From: Podarcis bocagei
Taxonomy: Eukaryota
Length of the DNA stretch: 64,000 bases
Strand: one strand, 5' to 3'
NCBI GenBank assembly: GCA_964188305.1
Contig: OZ076895.1
Shown here: piece after piece, positions 1 to 12,849 of the stretch
Numbering within the stretch: the first letter of the stretch is position 1
How the letters are laid out: each line of letters starts with the position of its first letter
Position numbers and translations under genes: made by a program
Notes under the pieces: model-generated
What the model saw: only the letters and a program-made list of their open reading frames with translations
Told to the model about the DNA's origin: nothing
The model's database searches: none

Positions 1-256
1 AGTGCTTACTGGAAGGACAGATCCTGAAGCTGAGGCTCCAATACTTTGGCCACCTCATGAGAAGAGAAGACTCCCTGAAAAGACCCTGATGTTGGGAAAG
101 ATGGAGGGCACAAGGAGAAGGGGACGACAGAGGACGAGATGGTGGGACAGTGTTCTCGAAGCTACTAACGTAAGTTTGACCAAACCGTGGGAGGCAGTGC
201 CTGGCGTGCTCTGGTCCATGGGGTCACGAAGAGTCAGACACGACTAAACAACAACA
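1..256 (+). mobile_element. Bov-B (RTE clade) LINE 3' end
   Basis: Encodes LKLRLQYFGHLMRREDS/KTLMLGKMEGTRRRGRQRTRW and ends gacacgactaaacaacaaca; nearly identical to 10670-10945. Confidence 0.93.
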
Positions 257-1011
257 TGCCACTGTCAACACCATCTCACCAGAGAGGAGAACCCCACTAT
301 TGTTCTGCATGCTCATGTTTTTTCCAAGGATGAAAGAGACATGATTCTCCTTGAATTATACACAAAACCAGAGGTTGTTCTATTAGGAGTTCTTGTCCCT
401 ATATGATCAACTGTACAGCAAGAGGCTAAACACTAACACACCGAATTGAGAACATGTTGAGCTATTGGAGAGATGCACCCTTGGAGATGGGGTGGGCTTT
501 AACTCACTCTGAATGAAATAATGTGACACAGCTGGACAGCATTTGCCATGCTCCATGAGAAGACAGAGAGGGACCACAATGCAGAATTTTAATATTAATC
601 TCCCCCCAATTGCCAAGAACAGATTAATGTTGTTGGTGCAAACAGCAGCCTAGCCAGAAACTACATGCCAGCACCAATCGATTACTTTCGCCCACGTCAA
701 CAAAACATTTTTGTCCAAGGGGCTTTGTCACCAAAGCAGCTCTCAGCCTGTCAGACATCATTCTCTTTGCACATTGCCATGGGTGTAGTCATCAAGAAAA
801 GAGTTTCTTCTGAAATGCAATGCTGTAACAGTCCTGTGTGTTGCTGGTATGATTTCCCCCTGTCACAATGACAGTAATATTGCTCTCCTCACTACTAGTT
901 TGCATCATGTTTTCTACTTTGATTACTGTTTATCATTTGCATGATGTTTAAGTTTGGTATTTACACTGTGTGATGCTTTGGGCTTATCTATAATTTGGAG
1001 AATGAAGTACA

Positions 1012-1637
1012 AAAAGCTTAGTATAAGAACAGGTTTTGGCCAGCTGCCTGAAAGACAGAAGAGAGTTCCAGTTTTTAAGATATTATAGAATAAATACATG
1101 TTAGAGATAAGCCAAAAAAGTAAATAAGGGTATTCAAAGCTCAATATGAGTTTTACATTTTATCAACAGCATCCTATAGCTGTGCGCACCCCCTAAATCT
1201 ACTCTAGAGAGTTGGGAGAAACCTTAGAACATGTTTTGGGGAAACAAAGGAAGATGAGAACGGTGACAAGTCCCATTTTGGGAGCAGACCTTGTTCCACC
1301 CAAACATACGCCGATAAACGCTACATTGAATTCCACCTGAATAAAGTAATATTCAAAGTGCTAATGAGGAAATTAGTAAGAACAATGTACGGTATATAGC
1401 ATTTCTTGAATGTTGTAAGCATCACACATCATCTTAGGAACTTCACAACTACATTGGTAAGAAATATACATGCATGCATGCATGCATACATACATACATA
1501 CATACATGCATACATACTTGATCAAAATATAGTGGATGCCTATGTAAGATACATCCTTCTCAGTAGTGGCACCAAAACTGAAACTCTCTTCTGTCTTTTA
1601 AGCAGTTGGCCAAAACCTGTTCTTATACTAAGCTTTT
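1012..1637. repeat. Pair of 64-bp inverted repeats (1012-1075 and 1574-1637), possibly an old MITE or foldback element
   Basis: The arms are reverse complements with about 4 mismatches. The ORF track shows nearly the same peptide (TLFCL.xSWPKPVLILSF) on opposite strands. Confidence 0.8.
1466..1517. repeat. (CATG)n/(CATA)n microsatellite
   Basis: atacatgcatgcatgcatgcatacatacatacatacatacatgcatacatac. Confidence 0.85.
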
Positions 1638-3202
1638 AGGGTTCTGGAATTGACCTGATTTTAGTTCTGTATTTCCTGTTCCTGTGGACATTTTTGATGC
1701 TGTTGCTAGTTATACCATTTTGTTTGGATTGTTTTAATATTTTGCCTTTTTATGAGATGACATCTGGATTTTTCAAATGGAAAGGTGAGGTGCAACACAA
1801 ATGTCTGAGATATACGTAACATATACATATATACATACAAGCCTGCCTTTCACAGAGTCACACCTTTGGTTCATCTCACCGGATAAGATAAGGACACTGT
1901 TGTCCACTTTGTATTTCAGATAAGCAGCTGACTGGCTTGTTCAAGGTCACCTAGAGAGGTCACAGTCAAGGTGAAATTCAAACCAGAGCCCTTCTGGCTC
2001 AGAGCTTATGCTTTTAGTCTCTACATGCCACCAGTTCACAATACCGGGATGGGGAGAAAACACCTATAAACCTCATACACCCAGCTCATTTACTCTGTGG
2101 GTGAGGCTGATATTCTAAAAGTACCCCGCTTTAGAAACAGTGCTAGTAAAATATCAGGAATGCCTTGGATCAGTTTTGACATACTAAACTCAAATTCCTA
2201 AACATGTTAATAATGCATTAGAATTAAATGTAAATGATAAAGCAACATTTGGCTCATAAATAATATCCATAAAGCAAACCATCTTCTCCCTCGATGGGAT
2301 AAGAATAAAAGCATTCTGAAAGCAGATGATGGTTGACCTGGGGAAAAGGTTTAGCACACTCTTAAATAATATATGTAAACCTGCAATTCACACTGATGTG
2401 CACTCATTTTTCTTGCTATGACACCAAAGTTGAAATAATCCAACCGACAAGACAGAGTACACTTGGTGAAGCTATTACTCAAACAAAGGCGTTTCAGATT
2501 TCTCTCTTTTAAAAAATGGGGGGGGGGGAGTATATGCCGCAATTTGGTGCAATTTAGAGCAGTGATATTATGTGCCATTTTGCATTGCAATCAGCTGAGA
2601 AATGCTAACATTGATCTTTAAATAACCTGGCTAGTAAACCATTCCTCATGCATGGATTTTTCCTTCTCTTGACCTCTTTGTAGCTCAGAAAAGTTGCATT
2701 AAATAGTACAATGGTTCTCACCTCTGCTTGTGGCAACAATCTTATTATCAATATAGCTGAAGCTTTGAAAGACCTATCAAAAAGCTTGCAGGCAAGAGAT
2801 GGGAACACTTAATTACCCAAATCTCTGTTTAAGAGTACCACTTTTCCCTTCCAAAGTGCCATTTTCTTCCCTGTCACATTTTCTTCCCTGTCACAGAATA
2901 CATTCGATTGCTTTTCCATGACAATAAGCTAGCCTGAACAAAATATTATAGAAATTGTTCTAGGGGAACAGCTCTTAAGAAGAAGGAGAAACCTGTGTAT
3001 GCACCAACTGGAGATCTAAAACCACAAATGTACCAATACTATTCAGAATGCATCTTTGAGCATATGGTTGTGGTGTCCTCAAACCCTGGTCAGAAAAGGC
3101 TATAGTGGGCAGTGGCATGTATGCAACTTCCTTGATGGGTGAAGGGAAGGGAGCAGCACCATGCCAAAGTGAAGCTTCACTTCAATATCCTAAAACAAAA
3201 AA

Positions 3203-3344
3203 GGAGGAGGATAGCTCAGTGGGCTAGAGTGTGGTGCTGACAACACCAAGGTTGCAGGTTCAATCCGCATAAGAGACAGCTGTGTATTCCTGCACTGCAG
3301 GGGGCTGGACTAGATGATCCTCAGGATCCCTTCAAACTCTATGA
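3203..3344 (+). mobile_element. tRNA(Ile)-derived SINE with CR1-type 3' tail
   Basis: A-box tagctcagtgg, tRNA-Ile-like gtggtgctgacaacaccaagg, B-box ggttcaatcc, then the CR1-like tail ggactagatgatcctcaggatcccttcaaactctatga. Confidence 0.8.
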
Positions 3345-4478
3345 GAAACACATTTCTGAGTATCTCTCCTACCATAATTTCAGATACAACAGTGCATGTG
3401 CTCCTGATGTGCCAATTTTAAAACAAGGTTAGCGTTTTTTTCAGAGCACACTTACAATACCAGTGTAATTTCCCTCCTGCAAATAAGGATTGATGCCATC
3501 TAACAAATATAGTAGAGTTCCACGTTACCTCTTTCAAATATGGGGTGACTCCTGTGTACAATTAATATGCCTGTTTTTTACTGTGGATGTGGGTCATAAA
3601 AACTCATTGGCAAACCTACAGACAGTGATGTTCCCTGTTTGTGAATTTGCTGAGGAGTAAACGAGGCTCCTTATCAATTGCTACAAAATAGATAACTCAT
3701 AGACTGCATCAGCTGCCCATTACTCAATCAAAGTTTCTACTAGTCAGAGGTTTAGAGCCACTTTGCCTAGAAAGCTATATTCTTCTGTGCGCTGATTGTA
3801 CTTTAGCTTGTCAAAACTGCCAGCAGATCCTTTGTGCTGCTGGTCATCAACATCGGATTATAAAAGACAAAGGCAGACCAGTAAGGCAATTTGTTATGTT
3901 CCTTCTTGAAACATCGCACGCTAATAGAACACTAAGCACTATGCATAGGACACAAAACACTAGGAAGAGATTCCACTCTCAAGAAGCAGGGAGGGAAAGC
4001 CATGCCATCCCTGGGAATATTTGAACAATTCTGCAGTGCCAAATGGGTGGATGACCTGTTAAATCCAGTTGGTTAATTCTGGACTGCAGTCTGAGAAATC
4101 CTGATTGGGCAGCAAAGGGGTCTCTTGCCAATCTGCTGAAGTCTGCAGTGATGGAGGTCAAGCATTAAGAGGGTTGCATCTTCCCTTTAGGGAGCCAAAG
4201 ATATTTTTCCTGATCAGGAGGAAAAGTTGGAGAAAAACACTATTATTACCTAAAGAGGATTAAATTTCAGAGTTATCATTCTCTGCAATGGCCTCTTTGT
4301 TTATAATTTTGAATCCCAGCAGGTTTAAAAGTAGAAAGGAGGAGGAGGTAGCCTTGCCCTTAGTTCTGTTGAGACAGCTTGTCTTTCTGTAATAGGTTTC
4401 TCCAAGCAAAGGGAAGCAGCAAATTGCAAGGTGATGGAGCAGCTGATAAATGTGCAAATGAAGAAGGTTGTTCTTAAC

Positions 4479-4908
4479 CAGAGGTCAGCAAACTTTTTCA
4501 GCAGGGGGCCAGTCCACTGTCCCTCAGACCTTGTGGGGGACCCAACTATATTTTTTGGGGGAGGGATGATGCAAGAGCACCGCAAGCCCCAGTGGCTGCT
4601 TACCTGTGTCTTGCGAGTGGCAGGGGCTGGCGGTGGTGGGAGGATGAGCGGCACATGAAAGGGCTCCGGAGAGGGGTTGCTTTAAATGGCGGCTGCTCAA
4701 GAGCTGCTGCTGCTGGCACTAACAAAGCCCAGCCCCTTCCTCTCCTAGGCAGGGTGGGGAGAAGCCAGGAGGAGGGAAGGAGGAGGCACTGCCAAGTGAG
4801 GGAGAGGGAAAGAACGCACGTGCTGGCGATCCACGGACCATCCACAGGCCGGATCCAGAAGGCAATTGGGCTTCATCCGGCCCGCAGGCCTTAGTTCGCC
4901 TACCCATG
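4479..4908 (-). mobile_element. Non-autonomous hAT DNA transposon (430 bp)
   Basis: Imperfect TIRs cagaggtcagcaaac / gttcgcctacccatg and a perfect 8-bp TSD TTCTTAAC (4471-4478, 4909-4916). Shares both ends with 46328-46575 in the opposite orientation. Confidence 0.88.
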
Positions 4909-7449
4909 TTCTTAACAGTCCTGCAGCAAAAAGAAAGCCTGTTTGGTTGTGGTGTGTGTGTGCTCACGCTGACATCTGACCACAAAAGACCCACTCTTAA
5001 TTCTGCAACAAATTAGATCCAGGCTTCTCCAGGTCCCCTTCCCTCTTTAATTGGATCCATCAAGAAGGGATCCTGCAAAAATTTTACTCCTATGATCATC
5101 ACTATACATTTAATTTAGCATCAACACTGGAACTGGGTGTTGTATGAAACATAAATGATAGGTAAAGGTGGGAAGCAGGATTCAAAGTTTAAAAAAAAGT
5201 ACTGGATGACAAACAAGACCTGGACTAGATGACAATTATGGTCCCTTCCAACTCTACAATGAATGGAACAGAAGATAATCAGGAGTGGAGCTGCCTGGAG
5301 AAGACAGGTACGGTCTTGACAAAAGTCTTGGTCAAAAACAAAGTAACTCCACCCCCCCCCCAAAAAAAAACCCTTGCATTTGTTTGGTCTCTATTTTAGG
5401 ATTATGCAGCACTATGAGTTTTAATCTTTGAAAAGAAAGGGCTTTGGGGTTTTTTGTTTTGTTTTGTAAAAAAATGCTTTTTATTGAGTTTTGTGTAACA
5501 TATACATGGGGTTTTTTAAACTGAAGCAACTTCTTTTGATTTAGGGTTTGTAAACAGGTTTTCAAAATCACACAAGTAACTTTTCAACTGAGTGCTTCTT
5601 AGATCCGCAATATTTAACTTATGTTCTCAAACAAGGGTGCCTACTCAGATAGCTTAAGGCGCTTAATTGTTAAGAGACCCCAGTACGCACTCTTGCTTTG
5701 TAAATGTAATACATATTAGTAGACCACAGGACTTCTAAAAGAAACCATATAGAACAGCTCACCCTATTCTTAAGCATGTGCAAATTATTCCCCAACAGCA
5801 CATAACACAGGGAAAACGTTTCCAGTTGGCAGAAAAGAATATACTTATTTCTCTATAAACATCACTGAGCTGTTGTCTACTATCTGGTGGGTATGAGAGA
5901 CATTCACAAGAAAATTGTGTCTCGGTCTTAGCATTTCAATGCAATGCCTTATTCATAAATCCAAGGAGCCAACTCAATCTGTGTCTCCCCCCCCCCAAAA
6001 AAATAATAATTCCTCTCTCTCTGTCGCCTGAGCCTTTCAATCCAACTCTACAGGTAGCAAATTGAAATGTTTAGTGGTCCATTGCAGACAGATTGAATCT
6101 GAAAAGAATACGGCAATAAGAACGAAGCCCGGCATCAATATCATATGGTAAAGCTCTCATGCTCAAGATGGCAATGATGTCGGATGAATGACTGAGCATT
6201 TGTTAAACTCCTACCATTGTGAAAGCAACCTATTATTTTCCTGGTTGTGCTCCGAAATGCCTCAATCACTGACTGAACAAAGTGAGTGAGAAATAATACA
6301 GTTCATTTTCTATTGCCTTTGTTCAATAGAACCATTGTGGTGCAGCACATCCTCCATGCAGTTTTTTCATCAACTTTCTAATATCCTCCCCCTTCACTCT
6401 TTTTTGTCCTTATTTTCCATATGGAGCTCTTCTGATGGATAGCTGTTCTGTTTAAAAGTTGTGTGTGTGTGTGTGTGTTTTTAAAAAAAGCACCACAGCC
6501 ACTCCCTTAAAAAAATTGTGCACAGGTGTCTAAAAACACACAGTAATATGTCAAAGATCTCTCTTAAGGATTTGTCTGGCAAAGAAAGCTATAATGTTAA
6601 TATTGTCTGAAGGTTACCATTTCAATAAAACTGAAGAGCTTCACAGCTAGAAACTATCCCTGTCTAAAGACTGCAATATAAGACAGTACACTGTGATAGA
6701 TGACCAGTGACTACCCATCCAGTTCTATGCTTACATCTGAGAGGAGTGATGTTTCCAGCTAAATTCCCCCACCGTGTGGAAATTTGGTTCTTTCCAGAAC
6801 TGCAACAGATTTTGTAAATTATTAGGCATGTTGTGATTATGTTGCACCATCCAAGCTTGGAGTTCTGCTGTCCAAACTGGTCAGTGTCTTGATCCATTGT
6901 GATGTCTACCAATAAGGGAAGATAGTTCAAGAAAGACAGAGACCATTAGGTCTGGGCTTTTAGAACAGATTGAAAGTTTAAGATTAAGGAAATTCAGGAC
7001 CTTGGACAGGGACTAAGGTGCTCATTGGGGGGCCATGATCAGCAGTTCTGAAACTAAGAAAGAAAAAAGCAAGTTGCCTCGAGTACTGGAGCAGCTGGCT
7101 GAACTTTATAGTCTGGGCTACATAGCTCCAAATCAAGTCTTCGCTTTGGCTCCAACCCACGATTAAGGTCCAACAACTGATCTTAGGGACTCTGAATTGT
7201 GGGACACACACCCTAGGTCTGGATTCGGGTGAAACTGCCATGGTCTGGCTCCAACTAACTCACAATCATTCACAAGCAGGGCATGATAAATATACGAAGC
7301 TATTTTATACTGAGCTATACTATCCAGTTGAATACATTGGCTCTTCAAGGTCTGAGGCAGAGGTCTTTCCCACCCTGCTGTCTTAGACTTTTAACACTGG
7401 AGATTGCCAAGGGTTGAGTCTGAGGGCAAGAGTATGCAAACCATGTGGT

Positions 7450-7770
7450 CTCTCTTTGGTGATCACTCATAGCGAAGTAAGATTGTCTTCCATGAACATA
7501 GTCTTAATGGTGTGTCCTTTACTGTGGAGGCCAATTCTGGATCCACATGAGGGGACATAGGCTTCCGGGTGGGAGTTGATCATGGTGAGGATTTGCCAAA
7601 TGTGTCTTCCTCTTAGCTCGTTTCTCCCTTTCACCCTGAATTCAGGGTTCTTTTCAAATTCCATGATGCCTTTGGTAGAGGCTATTCTCAACCTGGAGCA
7701 GTCACAGTCCAGTGTTTCTCAATTATCTGTGCTTATATACTGCATTTTTTAAGATCTGCCTTGAGAGACA
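7450..7770 (-). mobile_element. Degenerate RTE-clade LINE 3' fragment (not Bov-B)
   Basis: Colinear with the 3' part of the 8211-8680 copy (tttggtgatcactc...gtaagattgtcttccat...actgtggaggccaattctgga). Confidence 0.75.
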
Positions 7771-7841
7771 TGTGGTCTACAAGTGTTAGTCACCTTCCTA
7801 CACCCATTCCCCTGCAATTAACTTACATTATCTTGCATGCA

Positions 7842-8070
7842 CTCTTAAGTGCAAGTAGATAAATAGGTACCGCTTTATAGCGGGAAGGTAAACGGCGTTT
7901 CCGTGTGCTGCGCTGGTGCCGGCTCGCCAGAGCAGCTTCGTCACGCTGGCCACGTGACCCGGAAGTGTCTCCGGACAGCGCTGGCCCCCGGCCTCTTAAG
8001 TGAGATGGGCGCACAACCCCAGAGTTGGTCACGACTGGCCCGTATGGGCAGGGGTACCTTTACCTTTACC
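7842..8070 (+). mobile_element. 5'-truncated Sauria SINE
   Basis: Core aagtgcaagtagataaataggtaccgc, an (ACCTTT)n tail, and a ~13-bp TSD tatcttgcatgca / tatcttgtatgca (7829-7841, 8071-8083). Confidence 0.85.
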
Positions 8071-8210
8071 TATCTTGTATGCATCCTGCGTCAGCTCTGA
8101 CTATCAAGGGTAACAACCATTAACTAAATTCACCCCATCAAATACAGTTTTCCCTCCCTCAAAGCAAAGGTTGTGGCTGTAGTATGGCTCAGATTAGACC
8201 AGGACTAAGA

Positions 8211-8680
8211 GTCTTCTTCTTCTTTGGCGATCACTCGTAACCGAGTAAGATTGTCTTCCATAAACACAGTTTTAACAATGAGTCCATAAGTGACTGTGGA
8301 GGCCAACTCTGGATACACACATCCTTCTACAGTGGGGACATTGGTTCCCGGGCGGGAGTTGATCACGGTGTGGATTTGCCAAGCTTGCCTTCCTCTTAGC
8401 ACGCTTCTCCCTTGCGTCCTGAGTTTGAGCGTCTTCAAAGTACATGACACCTTTGGTAAAGGCTGTTCTCCAACTGGAGCGCTCGCAGGCCAGTGTTTCC
8501 CAGTTGTCGGTGTTTATACTACATTTCTGTGTTTTTTTAGATTTGCCTTGAGACAGTCTTTAAACCTCTTTTGTTGACCACCAGCATTACTCTTTCCATT
8601 TTTAAGTTCAGAATAGAGTAGTTGCTTTGGAAGACGATAATCCATACAACATGACCTGCACAACATAACCAGTGGGGAGC
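8211..8680 (-). mobile_element. RTE-clade LINE 3' fragment with (GAA)n tail
   Basis: ORF 8514-8795(-) contains RLPKQLLYSELKNGKSNAGGQQKRFKDCLKANLKK, a typical RTE ORF C-terminal motif; tail is tcttcttcttct on the + strand. Confidence 0.85.
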
Positions 8681-9869
8681 CCATTTCAGCATAATTCTTA
8701 AACCTTTGAACATGTGAATCATGAAACAAATAAGGGCATGTGCTTTTCATAGGATCATAGAGTTGGAAGAGATATGAAAAGCCTTCCAAGCCCATTCCAC
8801 TGCTGATGCAGGAGGTCTACTGCTACCACATCCCTGACATGAGGCCACAACTAGTTTAAAAACTTTTAATGAAGGGGGCGGAAATGCCCATCTCTATTCA
8901 ACAGCAACAGTAAACAAATTTGCTCTACCATCTATATAGGAGCCCTTCAAGCGTCCGACTGGCGTTTTGAGCATGTGCAGAGTTACTTTGCCTCACTATT
9001 CATTATCTTAGACTTAGTCACATGTGGGATTAGGAAGAAACGTTTTCTAGCAAAATGTATTATTGGATGAAATTCAGCTCTGGCCATCAGAACAATGTGC
9101 TGTCTTACACGGTAACAAAAACATTTATAAAAGGAAAGTGGGGAAAAGCTATTTTCAAAGCTTGCTCTAAGGAGTCTTATCTGGCCCTAGGAAGCACAAT
9201 GCTGTTGTTTCCTCCAATGCTGTATCCATCATGGGGGGCTTTTGTTTATTCGGTCTCTGAGTATGAGGCTGATAGCAGCAGGATTTAAATCCCCCTGAGG
9301 GGACCCACTGGTACCACAGACAACTAATGCACATTCTAGTCATTATTCTGCCTTTGTGTTTGAATCGTAGGATATTATTTATTTATTTATTTTTATTATT
9401 GCATTTCAAAAGCATTTCAAAAGTGTCTGACTAAGGCATCAGTTAACCAAAGCTTTGGACAATCCAGAGAAACAGTGGGTGATCCTCCACAGTAATGTGT
9501 GCTTTGCAGGGGTTTAAAAAACAAAAACAGAGGAAGAAACAGGCTTGTTGAAGATATGACCAGCTAAGAACTGGGAAGTTAGTATTGCTTGAGGCAGAGC
9601 AAGATACAAGATGTAAGAGAAAGGTTGGCACATTCCAACCCTTGGTTTTTTGTGTTAGCGACCATATACACTTAACAGGTACATGGACCGGTACTACAAT
9701 ATCTAACCGGCTGCCTCTTCTGACAAGGATAGACCTTGACCATATGACTGTCCAGTAAAGCCTCTTCTCCATGAGACCCCTATTAAAGAGGATGGCAACA
9801 AAAGAGAGGGGGCCCTTTGGGTTGTGCAGCTCACCCTTCCCCTTTGGAACGCTCTCCCAATTGACGCCC

Positions 9870-10945
9870 ACTATGCAAAAGCCTTTGACTGTGTCGACCA
9901 CAGCAAACTATGGCAAATTCTTAAAGAAATGGGAGTGCCTGATCACCTCATCTGTCTCCTGAGAAATCTCTATGCGGGACAAGAAGCTACAGTTAGAACT
10001 GGATATGGAACAACTGATTGGTTCAAAATTGGGAAAGGAGTACGGCAAGGCTGTATATTGTCTCCCTGCTTATTTAACTTATATGCAGAATTCATCATGC
10101 GAAAGGCTGGGCTGGATGAATCCCAAGCCGGAATTAAGATTGCCAGAAGAAATATCAACAACCTCAGATATGCAGATGACACAACCTTGATGGCAGAAAG
10201 TGAGGAGGAATTAAAGAACCTTTTAATGAGAGTGAAAGAGGAGAGCGCAAAATATGGTCTTAAGCTCAACATCAAGAAAACGAAGATCATGGCCACTGGG
10301 CCCATCCCCTCCTGGCAAATAGAAGGGGAAGAAATGGAGGCAGTGAGAGATTTTACTTTCTTGGGCTCCATGATCACTGCAGATGGCGAAGCAGTCACGA
10401 AATTAAAAGACGCCTGCTCCTTGGGAGAAAGGCGATGGCAAACCTAAACAACATCTTAAAAAGCAGAGGCATCACCTTGCCAACAAAGGTCCATATAGTA
10501 AAAGCCATGGTTTTCCCAGTAGTAATGTATGGAAGTGAGAGCTGGACCATAAAGAAGGCTGATCGCCAAAGAATTGATGCTTTTGAATTATGGTGCTGGA
10601 GGAGACTCTTGAGAGTCCCATGGACTGCAAGAAGATCAAACCTATCCATTCTTAAGGAAATCAGCCCTGAGTGCTCAGTGGAAGGACAGATCGTGAAGCT
10701 GAGGCTCCAATACTTTGGCCACCTCATGAGAAGAGAAGACTCCCTGGAAAAGACCCTGATGTTAGGAAAGATGGAGGGCACAAGGAGAAGGGGACGACAG
10801 AGGACGAGATGGTTGGACACTGTTCTCGAAGCTACAAACATGAGTCTGACCAAACTGCGGGAGGCAGTGGAAGACAGGAGTGCCTGGCGTGCTCTGGTCC
10901 ATGGGGTCACGAACAGTCGGACACGACTAAACGACTAAACAACAA
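9870..10945 (+). mobile_element. 5'-truncated Bov-B LINE (~1.08 kb) with a frameshifted reverse-transcriptase ORF
   Basis: YAKAFDCVDH...GVRQGCILSPCLFNLYAE...NNLRYADDTTL (ORF 9824-10447) continues after a frameshift near 10388 into the C-terminus (ORF 10435-10938); tail gactaaacgactaaacaacaa. Confidence 0.96.
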
Positions 10946-11291
10946 TTGCACATTCATTCAAAATCCAATAAAAACGATTTGATTTAATTAATTCAACAAG
11001 ACTGATGAACTCAATTTAGTGATGCCAACTTTCTAAAGTCCGGTAGTCATATACACCTCCAACACCCACCTCCCGCCAACTCTTCTGGATCTCAGGTAAA
11101 AAGGTATTCCCTGCCTTACTATTTAAGATCTTTTACCTAGAGATGTCCGGGGTTTAGATTGTGTCCTTTTGTGTGTGCAATTCACACCCATTTCTAGGGG
11201 CTGGGAACCTCCCTGCATCAGTTCCTGTTTATTAGTAAGCAGCATCTGGTTTATCCTGCTTCACTTGTGAAAAAATCTTGGTAAGGAAATA

Positions 11292-11590
11292 ATAGAATCA
11301 TAGAACTGTAGAGTTGGAAGGGATCCTGATGTTCACCTAATCCAGCCTATCTCAACCTGTGGGTCCCCAGATGTTGCTGAACTACAACTCCCATCATCCC
11401 TAGCTAGCAAGGGCAGAGCTCAGGGATGATGGGAGTTGTAATCCAACAACATATGGAGACCCACAGGTTGAGAACCGCTGATCTAGTCAAACACCCTGCA
11501 ATGCAGGAATGTGCAGCTGGCCCATATGGGGAGAGAACCCACAACTTTGGCATCCTCAGCACCACACTTTAACCAACTGAGCTAGCTGCC
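11292..11590 (-). mobile_element. tRNA(Ile)-derived SINE with CR1 tail, interrupted by a hAT MITE
   Basis: Reverse-complement relative of 3203-3344 (atagaatcatagaactgtagagttggaagggatcc ... gcaccacactttaaccaactgagcta). Confidence 0.8.
11343..11480. mobile_element. Palindromic hAT (Charlie-like) MITE, 138 bp
   Basis: cag...ctg termini; long inverted arms tctcaacctgtgggtcccca...actacaactcccatcatccct / agggatgatgggagttgtaat...gacccacaggttgaga; degenerate 8-bp TSD acctaatc/atctagtc. Confidence 0.85.
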
Positions 11591-11687
11591 TTGGAGAATA
11601 TCTTCCACAGAGACCATATAAGAAAATAACCATGTAAATATTGTATCCACTAGTGCCTGAGTTTAATATCACTGTGGCATTGGAACC

Positions 11688-11716
11688 GGTGTGTGTGTGT
11701 GTGTGTGTGTGTGTGT
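11688..11716. repeat. (TG)n microsatellite
   Basis: About 14 TG units. Confidence 0.9.
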
Positions 11717-12849
11717 TTCTCCTAGCTTTTGAAGGTGACTTCAAACTTTTGGAACAACCCTCATTCTGCAGTTAAATCCGGTGGCAGGAGGTGGTGCCTT
11801 CTCTCATAAAGGAGAAAATGCCATAGTAATTTTTTCCCAGTGTTCTGTCTTTTGTCTGACATGAAAATAAAAGACTGTTGTTCTTGATCCATCATAAAGA
11901 TTCACGGGATTTCACCACCTTTTCCACCCCTGTGGGGCCTACCCCATTTCATCATTCCTCCAGCCTTTTATTGTGAGCCAGGTACTGAATTTTTACAAGG
12001 CCAATCTGCTTCTAGTTAAACACAAGCCTTTGATTGTGGCTTAATATAATGGCCCATATGCTCTCAGGCAGCTGTCTCTTGTGCTCCATATCCACAGCAA
12101 CATGGATAGTTCTTCTCGACAACAATGTTATTTCCCTGAGAGGGGAAGAGGTAGTCTGCGGTGTAATTTATTCGAGATTGGGCATCTGGTCTCCAGCACA
12201 ACGATAGAAACTCTGTGGCAATCAGCTGAAATCAAAAGAGGGTTTCACTGAGGGGTAAATGATTATAGGATCCCTCCCTTTCTGGCCATTGGGAAGTGGG
12301 TGTTTTGTGGCACCAGATGAGTTTAAATTTTATCTCGTCATAAAATTGTCAGATATATATTGTTTGCATTATTACTATGTTTTTATCCTGTCCACCCCCT
12401 CAAGCTCCAGTTGATGCATACATGTCTCCAACCACTTTTATCCTGCGTGGTAGGCTAAGGAAAGAGCTATTTTTAGTTAAAGGAAAAGAATAAAATTTTG
12501 AGTCTTTTTTCTTTCTTTCTTTTTTGGTAAAGTAACAACGTAACAAAAAGCAACCTTTAGAGCTTGATCATGAATGAATGATTCATCGCATCAGCCTTTC
12601 CTCTGCAAAACAACAAGCTCTTGTCATTAAGCTAGCTAAGTAGTATTCAAAATTATTTGCTTTTTCATATGCCTTGATCGGAAGCCTCTCACAAAAGAAA
12701 ATACAACATATATATTGAGAGTTAGAAACCACACATGAGCAGACTTGGTTCACATATTTGTCCAATATCTATTTTTTTATGCCATTAAACACTGGATTCA
12801 AATACGGGGCCTACGGAGGCCATATCACCTTTTAAATCTCCTCCCACCA

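Noticed and set aside
3203-3280. Functional tRNA-Ile gene
   Set aside because: Stems and anticodon loop are degenerate and the sequence runs into a CR1-type tail, so it is a SINE head. The same applies to the Sauria SINE heads.
4240-4265. Recursive splice site candidate (minus strand cctctttag|GTAATA)
   Set aside because: The pyrimidine tract is short and the donor weak; such a match is expected by chance in 50 kb, and there is no saw-tooth RNA-seq evidence.
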